The position numbers and the translations under genes are program-made. The notes under the pieces are model-generated. The model was given only the letters and a program-made list of their open reading frames with translations. It was not told the origin of the DNA and did no database searches. Shown in pieces: positions 29,662-40,160 of a DNA stretch of 50,674 nt (its first letter is position 1; each line of letters opens with the position of its first letter). The stretch is from Rhodobacterales bacterium (GTDB lineage Bacteria > Pseudomonadota > Alphaproteobacteria > Rhodobacterales > Rhodobacteraceae): positions 1 through 50,674 of the forward strand of contig JBBQDX010000001.1 in NCBI GenBank assembly GCA_038320125.1, read 5' to 3'.

Positions 29662-31044
29662 CTACCCCACCTCCCGCGGCAACACGACCGCAAAGACCGT
29701 CCCGTCCGCCCCGGTCCGCTCCAGCTCCAGCGTTCCGCCGTGACCCCGCACCAGTTCCTGCGCGATCGCGAGGCCCAGCCCGATACCGCCCTTCCGGACG
29801 TTCCCCTGGAACGCCTGAAACAGGTTCTCGCGGGCCTTCGGCGGCAGGCCCGGCCCGGTGTCGCGCACCCGTATGATCCAGCCGTCGTCGCTCTCGCAGG
29901 CCTCGACGCAAACCTCGCCGGGCTCGCCCGTGGCCTGGATCGCCTGCCGCGCGTTGCGGATGAGGTTGCCCAGCACCCGGTGCATCTGCTCGGGGTCGAG
30001 GCGGGCATGCAGCCCGGGGCGGGTCTCGTAGCGAATGGTGACGATGTCGGGATCCACGGCAAGCTGCTCGCCCTCGCAGATCTCGTCGAGGAACGGGGCC
30101 AGGTCGACCATCATCAGCGCCGGGGGGGCTTCCTCGGAACGCCCGAAGGCCAGCGTCCCCTCGGTGAGGTTGACGGCCCGGGTGAGCGACTTGACGATCT
30201 TGGGCGCGACGCGGCGCACGGTGGGGTCGTCGACCATCTCCATCCGGTCGGCAAGCAGCGTCGCGGTGGTCAGGATGTTGCGCAGATCGTGGCTGATCTT
30301 GGCAACGGCCCTTCCCAGCTGCGCGAGCCGCTCCTTCTGCCGCAGGGATTGCGACAGCTGCGTCTCGAGGTCACGCAGCGTGGACTCCGCCTCGCGCAGC
30401 TCGCGAACGCGCGAGCGCGGCTCGATGATGCGGCGGGCGTCCTCGGGAGCCGCCGCGTAGCTTTTCATTTGCGCCACCAGCCCCTTGACCGGCATCACCA
30501 TCAGGCGGCGCACGGCGAGGAACAGGAAGACCGAGGTGATCGCCGAGATGGCGAAGCTGAGGGCCAGGATGTTGAGACCATAGGTGACCATGGCCGCGTG
30601 CAGGGCGGAGGTCTCGATCGCCGCCTCGATCTGCACGCCGCCGCCGCGCGCGGGTTCGGCGATGACGCGGATGACTTCGGGTCGCGGCATCGCGAACCGC
30701 CTGATGGCATCCCGCACCAGGACCAGCAACGAAGGGTCGCGGAGGTCGACGGTCTTCGTGACCGGCCCGGGCAGATCGGAGGAGAGGATGAGTTCCCGCG
30801 TCGCGTCGCGTTGCAGCGCCACGTTCAGAACCCCCGCGTTGGCGAGCAGTTCCGCCTCCACCGCGTCGTCGACCATGTCGGAGGCCCCGAGCAGAGCCAG
30901 GGAGGCGATCTGCGCCCGCTCCATGCGTTCGGTCAGGTAATTGAACCGGAAGCGGGCGATCGACGGCACGAAGATCAGCACTTCCGCCAGCATCACGAAG
31001 ATGACGGTCAGGATCAGGAAACGACCGGAGAGCGTGCGGAACAT
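29662..31044 (-). CDS. Membrane sensor histidine kinase (orphan)
   Basis: Two TM segments, H-box SHDLRNIL, N-box NLIRNA, DTGPG, GLGLAI. Confidence 0.93.
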   Translation of the reverse strand: MFRTLSGRFLILTVIFVMLAEVLIFVPSIARFRFNYLTERMERAQIASLALLGASDMVDDAVEAELLANAGVLNVALQRDATRELILSSDLPGPVTKTVDLRDPSLLVLVRDAIRRFAMPRPEVIRVIAEPARGGGVQIEAAIETSALHAAMVTYGLNILALSFAISAITSVFLFLAVRRLMVMPVKGLVAQMKSYAAAPEDARRIIEPRSRVRELREAESTLRDLETQLSQSLRQKERLAQLGRAVAKISHDLRNILTTATLLADRMEMVDDPTVRRVAPKIVKSLTRAVNLTEGTLAFGRSEEAPPALMMVDLAPFLDEICEGEQLAVDPDIVTIRYETRPGLHARLDPEQMHRVLGNLIRNARQAIQATGEPGEVCVEACESDDGWIIRVRDTGPGLPPKARENLFQAFQGNVRKGGIGLGLAIAQELVRGHGGTLELERTGADGTVFAVVLPREVG

Positions 31045-31126
31045 GGGACGTCCGTCTTGGTTGCGTCCCGGGGGTTATGCCCGCTGCCGCCCGGGAACGA
31101 CAGGGGGCGGGGCGCGGGTCGCTGCT

Positions 31127-32539
31127 TCAGGGAACGACGCGCTGGACGATGCGGACGATGCGCTTGACCCAGGGGTTCTCGAACAGGCGGGGGGCGTAAT
31201 ACCGCCCCGCCGCCCGCTTCGAGATCTCTCCCAGCGTCGGATAGGGCGCGACCATGTTGGCGACGGCCCCGATCTTGAGCTTTCCGGCCAGCACCAGGGC
31301 CCAGAGCCCGATCAGCTCGCCCGCCTGCGCCCCTGCGATGGTGGCGCCGACGGGCCGGCCCCTGTGGACCATCACCTTGATGAGACCGACGGTCCTGCCC
31401 TCGGCGACGGCACGGTCGTTCTCGTCGTAAGGGAACCGCAGCAGCTCCAGCGCGTCGCCGTGGGCCTCCCGCGCCTGGGCTTCGGTCAGGCCGACCTGCG
31501 CCAGCTCCGGATCGGTGTAGGTGCACCACGGGACGTGGTCGGTGCGCGCCTTTGCCGGCAACCCGAAGAGGATCGGGCGGATCACAGTGGCGCCGTGGTA
31601 GCCCGCGACATGGGTGAACTGCAGCCCGCCCGCCACGTCGCCGATGGCGTAGACGCGACGGTTGGTGGTGCGCAAGTCGGCTCCGACCCTGATGGTCCGG
31701 TCGTGCGCGATGCCCGCCTTGTCGAGGTCGAGCCGGTCGATATTGGCCTTGCGCCCGACGGCCATCAGCAGATGCGTTCCGGAATGGTCGGCCCCGTCGG
31801 TATGGACCGTGACCGCGCCCGCCCGGCCCGAGACGCGCTCGGCCTTCGCGCCCTCGACGATCTCGACGCCTTCGCCCCTTAGCCGGTCCAGCACGATGGC
31901 GGCCATCTCCGGGTCGTCCTTCGCCATGGCCCGGTCGCCCTCGATGACGGTGACCTTGCATCCGAGGCGGACATGCGCCTGTGCCATCTCCATCCCGATG
32001 GGGCCGCCGCCGATGATGAGCAGATGATCGGGCCGCTCCATCAGCGCGAAGATCGTCTCGTTGGTCTCGTAGGGCACGCCGTCCAGCCCGTCGATGGGCG
32101 GCACCAGCGGCGAGGAGCCGGTGGCGATGACGATGCGGCGCGCCGTGATGCGGTGGTGGCCGGCCTCGACGATGTTGGCGTCGACGAAGCGGCCATATTC
32201 GCGGATGACGCGGACGCCCAGCCCCTCGAACCGCGCATGGCTGTCCACCGGCGCGATCGCCTCGATGACCCGCGCGACATGGCGCTTGGCGGCGGCGTAG
32301 TCGATCTCGGGCGCGACCGGCGTGATGCCGAAGGCAGCCCCGGTGGTCATCGCGTGGGCATGTTTGGCGGCGGCGATCAGCGCCTTCGAGGGGATGCATC
32401 CGTAGTTGAGGCAGTCGCCCCCCATCTTGTGGCCTTCGAGCAGGGTCACGGTCGCGCCCATCTGTATGGCCCCCGCCGCGACGGAGAGCCCGGCGGATCC
32501 TGCGCCGATGACGAGCACGTCTGTCCTGATGTCTTCCAT
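31127..32539 (-). CDS. Dihydrolipoyl dehydrogenase/mercuric reductase-like flavoprotein disulfide reductase
   Basis: GAGSAG, GGDCLNYGCIPSK redox disulfide, GGGPIG, YAIGD, C-terminal APYPTLGE. Confidence 0.9.
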   Translation of the reverse strand: MEDIRTDVLVIGAGSAGLSVAAGAIQMGATVTLLEGHKMGGDCLNYGCIPSKALIAAAKHAHAMTTGAAFGITPVAPEIDYAAAKRHVARVIEAIAPVDSHARFEGLGVRVIREYGRFVDANIVEAGHHRITARRIVIATGSSPLVPPIDGLDGVPYETNETIFALMERPDHLLIIGGGPIGMEMAQAHVRLGCKVTVIEGDRAMAKDDPEMAAIVLDRLRGEGVEIVEGAKAERVSGRAGAVTVHTDGADHSGTHLLMAVGRKANIDRLDLDKAGIAHDRTIRVGADLRTTNRRVYAIGDVAGGLQFTHVAGYHGATVIRPILFGLPAKARTDHVPWCTYTDPELAQVGLTEAQAREAHGDALELLRFPYDENDRAVAEGRTVGLIKVMVHRGRPVGATIAGAQAGELIGLWALVLAGKLKIGAVANMVAPYPTLGEISKRAAGRYYAPRLFENPWVKRIVRIVQRVVP

Positions 32540-33018
32540 GGTGGCGCCTTTCGCGGTTTCGGTCACGGAGTCGGTCGCGGAGCCAGACTGCGCGCCGATG
32601 GTTTCCCGACGATGAAGGCCAGGAGCGCCAGCGTCGCGCGTCCGGCCCCCGGCCGAGCAGAGTGACGGACCTGTATCCCGTCGAGCCCTCGAAGGCGACG
32701 GCCGGGATCGCTCTGACACGGGACAGGGGGCGGCGGTTCTTCTGCGGATTGGTTGCGGGCACGTCGGTTCAGCGGATTACCCATCGGTCTTGCCGGATGC
32801 GCCCACGGGATTCGCACGGGGGCCGGCTCTATGGCGCCGCCGCCCGGCCCGGAAGGGCGGCGGGCGACGCGGGAGTGGCAGGGGATCGCGATGGTGGGCA
32901 TAAGCCAATCCGGCGTCCGGGCAGGGTCGTGATGTCCTGAGGGCTCCGGCCCCGCCGCGATGCTCGCAGTCACGCGGGCTTGAGCGGATGTGGGCGCCCC
33001 GACCCGCTTGCGGCCCCG

Positions 33019-33047
33019 TTGACACCCGCCCTCCCCTCGCATAGACG
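33019..33047 (+). promoter_or_regulatory. Putative sigma70 promoter of rpmH-rnpA-yidD
   Basis: TTGACA-N17-TAGACG. Confidence 0.65.
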
Positions 33048-33141
33048 GCGGTCTCCCGATGTCCGGGTCGTCCGCGTCACCCGATGTGGTTCCGGCCCGC
33101 CCGAACCGAAGACACACCCAGATACCCCCGGAGAGCCCGCC

Positions 33142-33276
33142 ATGAAGCGCACCTTCCAGCCCTCGAACCTCGTTCGCAAGCACCGCCACGGGTTCCGCGC
33201 GCGCATGGCCACCAAGGCCGGCCGCAAGATCCTGAACGCCCGCCGCGCGCGCGGCCGCAAGGTTCTGTCGGCGTAA
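33142..33276 (+). CDS. rpmH: 50S ribosomal protein L34
   Basis: [44 protein letters not shown]. Confidence 0.99.
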   Translation: MKRTFQPSNLVRKHRHGFRARMATKAGRKILNARRARGRKVLSA

Positions 33277-33281
33277 GCCAC

Positions 33282-33683
33282 TTGACGGACGACGCGATTT
33301 CGACGCCGGAGGGGACCGCCTCTCCGGCGTCTTCGCATGAGCGGCCCGCGTCCCTGCGCAAGCTCAGGGTGCGAAAGCAGTTCCTCGCCCTCAACGCCGC
33401 CCGACGGGTGCCGGCCGGCTCGTTCCTGTTGCAGGCCCGCGATCGCAACGACCGCGACGCTGCGGTCGGTGTCGGGTTCACCTGCTCGAAAAAGGTCGGC
33501 AATGCCGTCGCCCGCAACCGGGCGAAGCGCCGCCTGCGCGAGGCCGCACGGCTGATCCTGCCGACGGCGGCCCGGCCCGGATGGGACTATGCGCTGATCG
33601 GGCGGAAGGACACGACCGCGGCGCGCGAGTTCCAGGCTCTGCTCGGCGATCTGCGCGCCGCCCTCGAGAAGGCGCATCGTTGA
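33282..33683 (+). CDS. rnpA: Ribonuclease P protein component
   Basis: GFTCSKKVGNAVARNRAKRRLRE; TTG start assumed. Confidence 0.94.
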   Translation: MTDDAISTPEGTASPASSHERPASLRKLRVRKQFLALNAARRVPAGSFLLQARDRNDRDAAVGVGFTCSKKVGNAVARNRAKRRLREAARLILPTAARPGWDYALIGRKDTTAAREFQALLGDLRAALEKAHR

Positions 33684-33690
33684 GGTGGGG

Positions 33691-33912
33691 ATGAGCCCCC
33701 TCGCCCGGCTGTTCGCGCTCCCCGTCCATGCCTACCGCGCGGTCTTCTCCGCCCATGTCGGTCACAACTGCCGGTTCGTCCCGACCTGCTCGGCCTTTGC
33801 GCTCGAGGCTCTCAAGAGGCATGGCGTCATCCGCGGCGGATGGCTTGCCGCCCGCCGCATCCTGCGCTGCAATCCCTGGGGCGGCTCGGCCATCGACAAC
33901 GTGCCCGACTGA
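33691..33912 (+). CDS. yidD: Membrane protein insertion efficiency factor YidD
   Basis: [29 protein letters not shown]. Confidence 0.94.
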   Translation: MSPLARLFALPVHAYRAVFSAHVGHNCRFVPTCSAFALEALKRHGVIRGGWLAARRILRCNPWGGSAIDNVPD

Positions 33913-33929
33913 TCCGCCGACACACCGTC

Positions 33930-34425
33930 GGTCCGAGCGTCTCGAAACTGCCGCTCACCTTACCGATATCGACGCCAAGCGCTTGAGGCAGGCGCGGTCG
34001 ATCGGCCGGTCGTCCACCAGGCACCACATCCGGCCGTCGAGCCTCCCCCTTTCATCGTCAGCGCCCGTGAGCGGAGGGGATCGGCAGCCGGGTAGCGCGT
34101 GCCTTCAGGAAGCGGTCGCCGCGTTCCACCCCCGCCGCCGTCCCGATCACGCCCCGCGCGGTGCCGGTCCAGTTGCCCGCGCCGGCCTTCGTCAAGGTCC
34201 AGACGCGCTCTCGCGTCGATCCATCCGCATGGGCCAGATCCTCGGTCACCTACAGCCGCTCCCCGTCCCGATCGCCGGAGATATCGACGACGAACCATCG
34301 CCCTATTCTGAGCAAGCTCCGCACCTGGCCGTGCGCCGCAATCCGGCCGTCGAAGAGCGCCTCGGGGGAGGGCTTGCCGGTGGAGGCGGCCACGAGGGTC
34401 AGGGCGGCGATGGTGGCAGGCGCAT
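33930..34425 (-). pseudogene. Degraded DUF3833-family (putative lipoprotein) gene
   Basis: Minus-strand pieces ..[68 protein letters not shown] and [12 protein letters not shown]; in-frame TAG at 34250-34252 plus frameshifts. Ends approximate. Confidence 0.7.
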
Positions 34426-34561
34426 GAAGGAACCCCTCCCGGAGAGGCGGCGGTGCGCTGCCAGATGGCGCGACCGGCCACTGCGTCGGTCGCGGGACCG
34501 CAGGCCGCCCATTGACGGGCGCGCGAGCGGCGTCCTACGGGTCGAGCGGAAGGAGACCGCC

Positions 34562-35482
34562 ATGCGCGACGACGTCCACGACACCCTTGACCTGCCCGCC
34601 GGCGCGGACGACATCCATCCGCTCTTCGAGGGCGCCCCGAAGACGACCGAGTTCCGCAAGCTGCGCAAGCGGCTGATCCGCGAGACCCGCGAGGCGATCG
34701 AGCGCTACGGCATGGTCGACCATACCCGCGACCCCGCCCTGCCGCACGCGAAATGGCTGGTCTGCCTGTCGGGCGGCAAGGACAGCTATACGCTGCTCGC
34801 CGCGCTGACCGAACTTCAATGGCGAGGCCTGCTGCAGGTCGACATCCTTGCCTGCAACCTCGATCAGGGGCAGCCGGGGTTTCCCGCGACCGTGCTTCCC
34901 GCCTTCCTCGATCGAATGGGGGTGCCGCACCGCATCGAATACCGGGACACCTACTCCATCGTCGTGGACAAGGTGCCCGCCGGGCGCACCTATTGCGCGC
35001 TCTGCTCGCGCCTGCGCCGCGCCAACCTCTACCGCGTCGCGCGCGAGGAAGGCTGCTCGGCGGTCGTCCTCGGCCACCACCGCGACGACATCCTCGAGAC
35101 CTTCTTCCTCAACCTCTTCCACGGCGGCAAGATCGCCACGATGCCGCCGAAGCTCCTGAACGACGAGGGCGACCTGCTGCTGCTGCGCCCTCTCGCCCAT
35201 GTGGCCGAGCAGGACTGCGCGCGCTTCGCAGCGGCAATGGGCTATCCCATCATCCCCTGTGACCTCTGCGGCAGTCAGGACGGGCTGCAGCGGCAGGCCA
35301 TCAAGGCGATGCTCGACGGCTGGGAGGAGAAGGTTCCGGGACGGCGGGGCAAGATGTTCTCGGCCCTATCGCAGATCAAGCCCTCGCATATGCTCGACCC
35401 CGAGCTCTTCGATTTCGCAGGGCTTGGCGCGGATGTCGTGACGAACCGCGACAAGTCGAACGAAAGGCCGGACGTGCATTAA
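34562..35482 (+). CDS. ttcA: tRNA 2-thiocytidine(32) synthetase
   Basis: PP-loop [34 protein letters not shown]. Confidence 0.97.
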   Translation: MRDDVHDTLDLPAGADDIHPLFEGAPKTTEFRKLRKRLIRETREAIERYGMVDHTRDPALPHAKWLVCLSGGKDSYTLLAALTELQWRGLLQVDILACNLDQGQPGFPATVLPAFLDRMGVPHRIEYRDTYSIVVDKVPAGRTYCALCSRLRRANLYRVAREEGCSAVVLGHHRDDILETFFLNLFHGGKIATMPPKLLNDEGDLLLLRPLAHVAEQDCARFAAAMGYPIIPCDLCGSQDGLQRQAIKAMLDGWEEKVPGRRGKMFSALSQIKPSHMLDPELFDFAGLGADVVTNRDKSNERPDVH

Positions 35483-35537
35483 GACATAACTCAGCTTTGG
35501 CATCTAGCACCGATCCGGAGACTTTTCGGAGGATGCC

Positions 35538-37103
35538 ATGACCGACGCCACCATTGCCGCGCCGTCGCTGCGCGCGCGTCTCCGAACGGCGATACGACGG
35601 ATCGAGTGGATCCTGCTCTTTCCGATCATCGGGGCGCTGGCGTGGGGAATGGGTCAGGACGCCATCGCGATGGCCTACGCCATCGTCCTGCCTCTCTTTC
35701 TGGTGCTCGACGGCCGGGTGGGGAGGCTGCAGCGACGTCAGGCGCAAGGCACCATCGGATACCCGGACCTCAACTTCGGCCAACCCCTCGGCCGTCCCGC
35801 GCTGCAGCGCATCGTCGACGACATCCTCGAAGACTGTGCCCGCCGCGATCGCACGACCGCGGTTCTCTATGCGCAGGTTGACGGTCTGCACATCGCCGAC
35901 GGCGAATGGGGGGCCGAAGTCGGCGAGAAGGTGATGGACCGGGTCGTCCAGCGGGTCGCCGTCGCGATGCGCGGGCAGGATGCCGTGATGCGCGCGGGCG
36001 ACGATGGAATCGTCATCGTGCTGGCGCCGACCCGGCGCGCCGATCTGGATGTGGTCATGGGCATCGTCGACCGGGTGCAGGCCGCGGTGGCCGAACCCGT
36101 CTCGCTCGATGGCCGTTCGATCCGGGTCCATGCCTGCATCGGCATCTGCACGCAGGCGCGGGCCCCCGCCCGCACCGGCGGCGCCATGCTCGCCGCGGCC
36201 GACTGCGCGCTGCGCGTCGCCCGGCGGCAGGGCGACGATGCCGTGCGCGCCTTCACCGCCGACATGCAGGCCCGGGTCGAGACCGACCATCGCCTGTCGA
36301 TGCAGGTCGAGGCGGCGCTTGAGGCCGGCGACATCCGCGCCTGGTTCCAGCCGCAGATCGACGCCCGCACCGGTCGGATCGTCGGCTTCGAGGCGCTGGC
36401 CCGCTGGCACCATGCCGAGTTGGGCGTGCTCCTGCCGGCGCAGTTCCTGCCGACGATCACCTCCGCCGGACGGTCCGGCGACCTTGGGGAACAGATCCTG
36501 AAGGACAGCCTCAACGCGCTGCTCCGATGGGACCGCGCCGGGCTGAACGTGCCTTGCGTCGGGGTCAATGTCTCGCTGGAGCAACTCACCGATCCCAGAC
36601 TGGCGGAGCGCATCATCTGGCAACTCGACCGGCACGACATCTCCCCGTCGCGCGTCGCCATCGAGATCCTCGAGACGGTGACGCTGCGCGACGGCGACGA
36701 GACCATCATGCGCAACCTCAAGGCGCTGCGCGCTGCGGGATTCCGCCTCGACCTCGACGATTTCGGGACCGGGGCCGCGTCGATCTCGCATATCGCGCGC
36801 TTCGGCGTCCACCGCATCAAGATCGACCGCAGTTTCGTGCACGGCCTGCACACCGACCAGACGCAGCGCGACATCATCGCGGCGATCCTGGGGCTCGCGG
36901 AGCGGCTCGGCATCGAGACGCTGGCCGAAGGCGTCGAGACCCTTGAGGAGCAGGAGGCCCTCGCAGCCCTGGGCTGCCCCCACCTCCAGGGCTACGGGAT
37001 CGCGCGGCCGATGCCGCTGGAGGACACGATCCCCTGGGCGCTGTCCCGCCCGTCGGCAATCGCCGATGCGCTGCGCATGATGCAGCCGCACGGCACCGCC
37101 TGA
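35538..37103 (+). CDS. Membrane-anchored degenerate-GGDEF / EAL protein (probable c-di-GMP phosphodiesterase)
   Basis: N-terminal TMs; GGDEF position reads RAGDDG; EAL domain with GFEALARW, VNVS, DDFGTG, KIDRSF, AEGVE, QGY. Confidence 0.88.
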   Translation: MTDATIAAPSLRARLRTAIRRIEWILLFPIIGALAWGMGQDAIAMAYAIVLPLFLVLDGRVGRLQRRQAQGTIGYPDLNFGQPLGRPALQRIVDDILEDCARRDRTTAVLYAQVDGLHIADGEWGAEVGEKVMDRVVQRVAVAMRGQDAVMRAGDDGIVIVLAPTRRADLDVVMGIVDRVQAAVAEPVSLDGRSIRVHACIGICTQARAPARTGGAMLAAADCALRVARRQGDDAVRAFTADMQARVETDHRLSMQVEAALEAGDIRAWFQPQIDARTGRIVGFEALARWHHAELGVLLPAQFLPTITSAGRSGDLGEQILKDSLNALLRWDRAGLNVPCVGVNVSLEQLTDPRLAERIIWQLDRHDISPSRVAIEILETVTLRDGDETIMRNLKALRAAGFRLDLDDFGTGAASISHIARFGVHRIKIDRSFVHGLHTDQTQRDIIAAILGLAERLGIETLAEGVETLEEQEALAALGCPHLQGYGIARPMPLEDTIPWALSRPSAIADALRMMQPHGTA

Positions 37104-37436
37104 GGCAATTCGCCCCACCGGGACAAGGGGTGCTCCTCAAGCCGCAGGCGGCCGCCTCCGTGCCACACGCCGCGGGTGGCAGGGCACCTGTCCTCAACAG
37201 GCGGTCCTGCGCTGCGGGGCCGCCGGGAGCCGGACGCCGCCAGCCGCCCGTCGGGCAGCGCACCGCCGATGGCGAGAGAGCCGGCGAAGGCTCCTGCGGC
37301 AGCCGCCCCAACGCCGCTCTTCGGGAACCGCCCGAAAAGGGCGCCCCCGGCTGGATCGGGGGAATTGCCTTGACCTTCCCCCACCCGGTCTGTTGAACGG
37401 CGCGCAATCCCCGACCCCGTGCGCGACAGGTCTGCA

Positions 37437-39308
37437 ATGGACGCCCAGAACAAGAATCTCATCCTCGCCACCGTGCTCAGCGCGCTGGTTCTTCTGGTGT
37501 GGTTCGTCCTGTTTCCGCCCGAGCAACAGGCTCCCACGGTGCAGGAGACCGCCACCTCCGACGGCCTGCCCGACCAGGGAGCGCCGGCCGCACCCGGATC
37601 GCTGACCCCGCCGGCCACCGGGGGCGAGACCGCACCTGCGCCCGGCGCGATCGCAGCGACGCCCGAGCAGACACGGGCCGACGCCATCGCCGCCTCCGCC
37701 CGCGTTCCGGTCGACACACCGCGCCTCACCGGCTCGATCTCGCTCACCGGCGGGCGGATCGACGACATCGCGCTCAAGGATTACCGCGAGACGCTCGACG
37801 ACGACTCGCCCATCGTCACCCTGCTGTCCCCCGCGGGGGCGACGGGGGCCTATTACGCGTTGCACGGCTGGGTGCCGACCGGCGACATGCCCGCCGACTC
37901 CGTCCCCTCCGCGACCACGCCCTGGACCGCCCCCGAGGGCGCGACGCTGACGCCCGAGACCCCGCTCGTCCTGACCTGGGACAACGGCACCGGGCTGGTC
38001 TTCACCCGGACGATCTCGGTGGACGAGGACTTCATGTTCACCGTCGAGCAGGCGGTCGAGAACACGACCGACACGCCGGTGCGACTGTCGCCCTACGGCC
38101 TGCTGGCCCGGCACGGGGAGCCCGATACCGTCAACTTCTTCATTCTGCACGAAGGCGTCGTCGCCCGTGGCGACGGCAGCCTCGAGGAGGTCGACTACGA
38201 CGACATGATCGACCTGCCGCAGAACGCGGCCGAGAACGGCCGGGTGGAGCGGACCGAAGTGGCCGAGGAGGGGTGGATCGGCTTCACCGACAAATACTGG
38301 ATGACCACGCTCATTCCCGAGGCCGGCGCGCCTTTCGCCAGCGTCATCAAATACGTCGACGCCTCCGATATCTATCTGACGGAGACCCGCCTGCCGACGC
38401 TGGACGTGGCCGCCGGCGCGACCGTCACCTCCCAGAGCCGCCTCTTCGCGGGGGCCAAGGAATGGGAGGAACTGCGGCACTACCAGAACGACGAGGGTGT
38501 CGCGGGTTTCGTCGATGCGATCGACTGGGGCATGTTCTACTTCCTGACGAAGCCGATCTTCTCGGCGCTGCACTGGCTCAATGGCCTGATCGGAAACATG
38601 GGCATCGCGATCATCGTGCTGACGCTCTGCATCAAGGCGATCCTGTTCCCGCTGGCCTACAAGTCCTATGTCTCGATGGCGCGGATGAAGGAGCTGCAGC
38701 CGGAGATGGAGGCGCTCAAGGAGAAGGCGGGCGACGACCGTCAGAAGCTCCAGGCCGGGATGATGGAGCTCTACAAGAAGAACAAGGTGAACCCGGCAGC
38801 GGGCTGCCTGCCGATCCTGCTGCAGATCCCGATCTTCTTCAGCCTCTACAAGGTGATCTTCGTCACCATCGAGCTGCGCCACGCCGCCTTCTTCGGACCC
38901 TTCCAGGACCTGAGCGCGCCCGATCCGACATCGATCATGAACCTCTTCGGTCTGCTGCCGCTCGCCGCCCCCGACCCCGGCACGACGCTGGCTCTGGTCT
39001 TCATCGGCATCCTGCCGATCCTTCTGGGAATCTCGATGTGGTTCCAGCAGAAGCTCAACCCGGCGCCGACGGATGCCACGCAGGCGATGATCTTTGCCTG
39101 GCTGCCGTGGGTCTTCATGTTCATGCTGGGCGGCTTCGCATCGGGCCTTGTCGTCTACTGGATCGCGAACAACACCATCACCTTCACGCAGCAATTCATC
39201 ATCATGCGCAGCCACGGCGCGCGCCCGGACCTCTTCGGGAACATCAAGTCGGGGTTCAAGCGCAAGCCCGCGACGGCGACAGCACCGCCGCCGGCCAAGA
39301 AGAAATGA
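37437..39308 (+). CDS. yidC: Membrane protein insertase YidC
   Basis: NKNLILAT, GFTDKYW, IDWGMFYFLTKP, SMARMKELQP, GCLPILLQIP, SGLVVYW. Confidence 0.97.
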   Translation: MDAQNKNLILATVLSALVLLVWFVLFPPEQQAPTVQETATSDGLPDQGAPAAPGSLTPPATGGETAPAPGAIAATPEQTRADAIAASARVPVDTPRLTGSISLTGGRIDDIALKDYRETLDDDSPIVTLLSPAGATGAYYALHGWVPTGDMPADSVPSATTPWTAPEGATLTPETPLVLTWDNGTGLVFTRTISVDEDFMFTVEQAVENTTDTPVRLSPYGLLARHGEPDTVNFFILHEGVVARGDGSLEEVDYDDMIDLPQNAAENGRVERTEVAEEGWIGFTDKYWMTTLIPEAGAPFASVIKYVDASDIYLTETRLPTLDVAAGATVTSQSRLFAGAKEWEELRHYQNDEGVAGFVDAIDWGMFYFLTKPIFSALHWLNGLIGNMGIAIIVLTLCIKAILFPLAYKSYVSMARMKELQPEMEALKEKAGDDRQKLQAGMMELYKKNKVNPAAGCLPILLQIPIFFSLYKVIFVTIELRHAAFFGPFQDLSAPDPTSIMNLFGLLPLAAPDPGTTLALVFIGILPILLGISMWFQQKLNPAPTDATQAMIFAWLPWVFMFMLGGFASGLVVYWIANNTITFTQQFIIMRSHGARPDLFGNIKSGFKRKPATATAPPPAKKK

Positions 39309-40039
39309 GGCTTTCCGAGATCTGGCGCCATCCGATCAAGGCGCATGGCCGCGAGGCGGTCGATGCGTTCGAGATCGCGCCGGGCGGGACGGTGCCCTAC
39401 GACCGGCTCTGGGCCGTGGCGCATGAGGCCGCAAAGCTCGACGGCTCGGACTGGGTCGCCTGCACCAACTTCACGCGCGGCGCAAGGACGCCCGCGCTGA
39501 TGGCGATCGCTGCGCGGATGGACGGCGACCTCGTGACCCTGTCGCACCCGGACCGGCCGGACCTCACCTTCGATCCCGACGACGACAACCGCGCCTTTCT
39601 CGACTGGATCGCGCCCTTGACCGATCCGGCGCGCGCGATGCCGACCGGCATCCTGCGGGCGGCGTCGCGGGGGTTCACCGACACGGCATTCCCTTCGGTC
39701 TCGCTGGCCAATGCCGCCGCCCATGCCGCGGTGGAAGAAAAGGTCCGCCACCCCCTCTCACGGCACAGATGGCGCGCCAATCTCTGGATCGACGGCGCAG
39801 AGCCGTGGGAGGAGTTCGACTGGATCGGGCGCGAGGCGACGCTGGGCGACGCCCGCTTCCGCGTCGAGCAGCGCATCACCCGCTGCCGCGCCACCATGGC
39901 GAACCCGGCGACCGGCCGGATCGACACCGACACGCTCGGGGCGCTCGACGCAGGATGGGGCCATCGCGATTTCGGCATCTACCTGACCTGCGTCGCGGCC
40001 GGCCGGGTCGCGGTCGGCGACACCCTGGTCCTGACATGA
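39305..40039 (+). CDS. MOSC domain-containing protein
   Basis: IWRHPIK, DRLWA, RWRANL, RC.AT..NP.TG; ATGA overlap with yidC. Confidence 0.9.
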   Translation: MRLSEIWRHPIKAHGREAVDAFEIAPGGTVPYDRLWAVAHEAAKLDGSDWVACTNFTRGARTPALMAIAARMDGDLVTLSHPDRPDLTFDPDDDNRAFLDWIAPLTDPARAMPTGILRAASRGFTDTAFPSVSLANAAAHAAVEEKVRHPLSRHRWRANLWIDGAEPWEEFDWIGREATLGDARFRVEQRITRCRATMANPATGRIDTDTLGALDAGWGHRDFGIYLTCVAAGRVAVGDTLVLT

Positions 40040-40160
40040 TCGGCTCCGCTGCCGCCGCCATCGCTCGGGCGGAAACGATGGCGCCGTGCCCCCATCCTGG
40101 GCCCGCTGATCGGAGCGGCGCGCGCGCAAGCCGGGACCCCGTTGCGCCGGACGCCAGCGC

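Noticed and set aside
32770-33141. Possible replication origin next to rpmH
   Set aside because: No dnaA gene, DnaA-box cluster or AT-rich unwinding element; the region is GC-rich.
35479-35495. Possible CtrA box upstream of the GGDEF/EAL gene
   Set aside because: Only one TTAA half-site; the second half has at least two mismatches.
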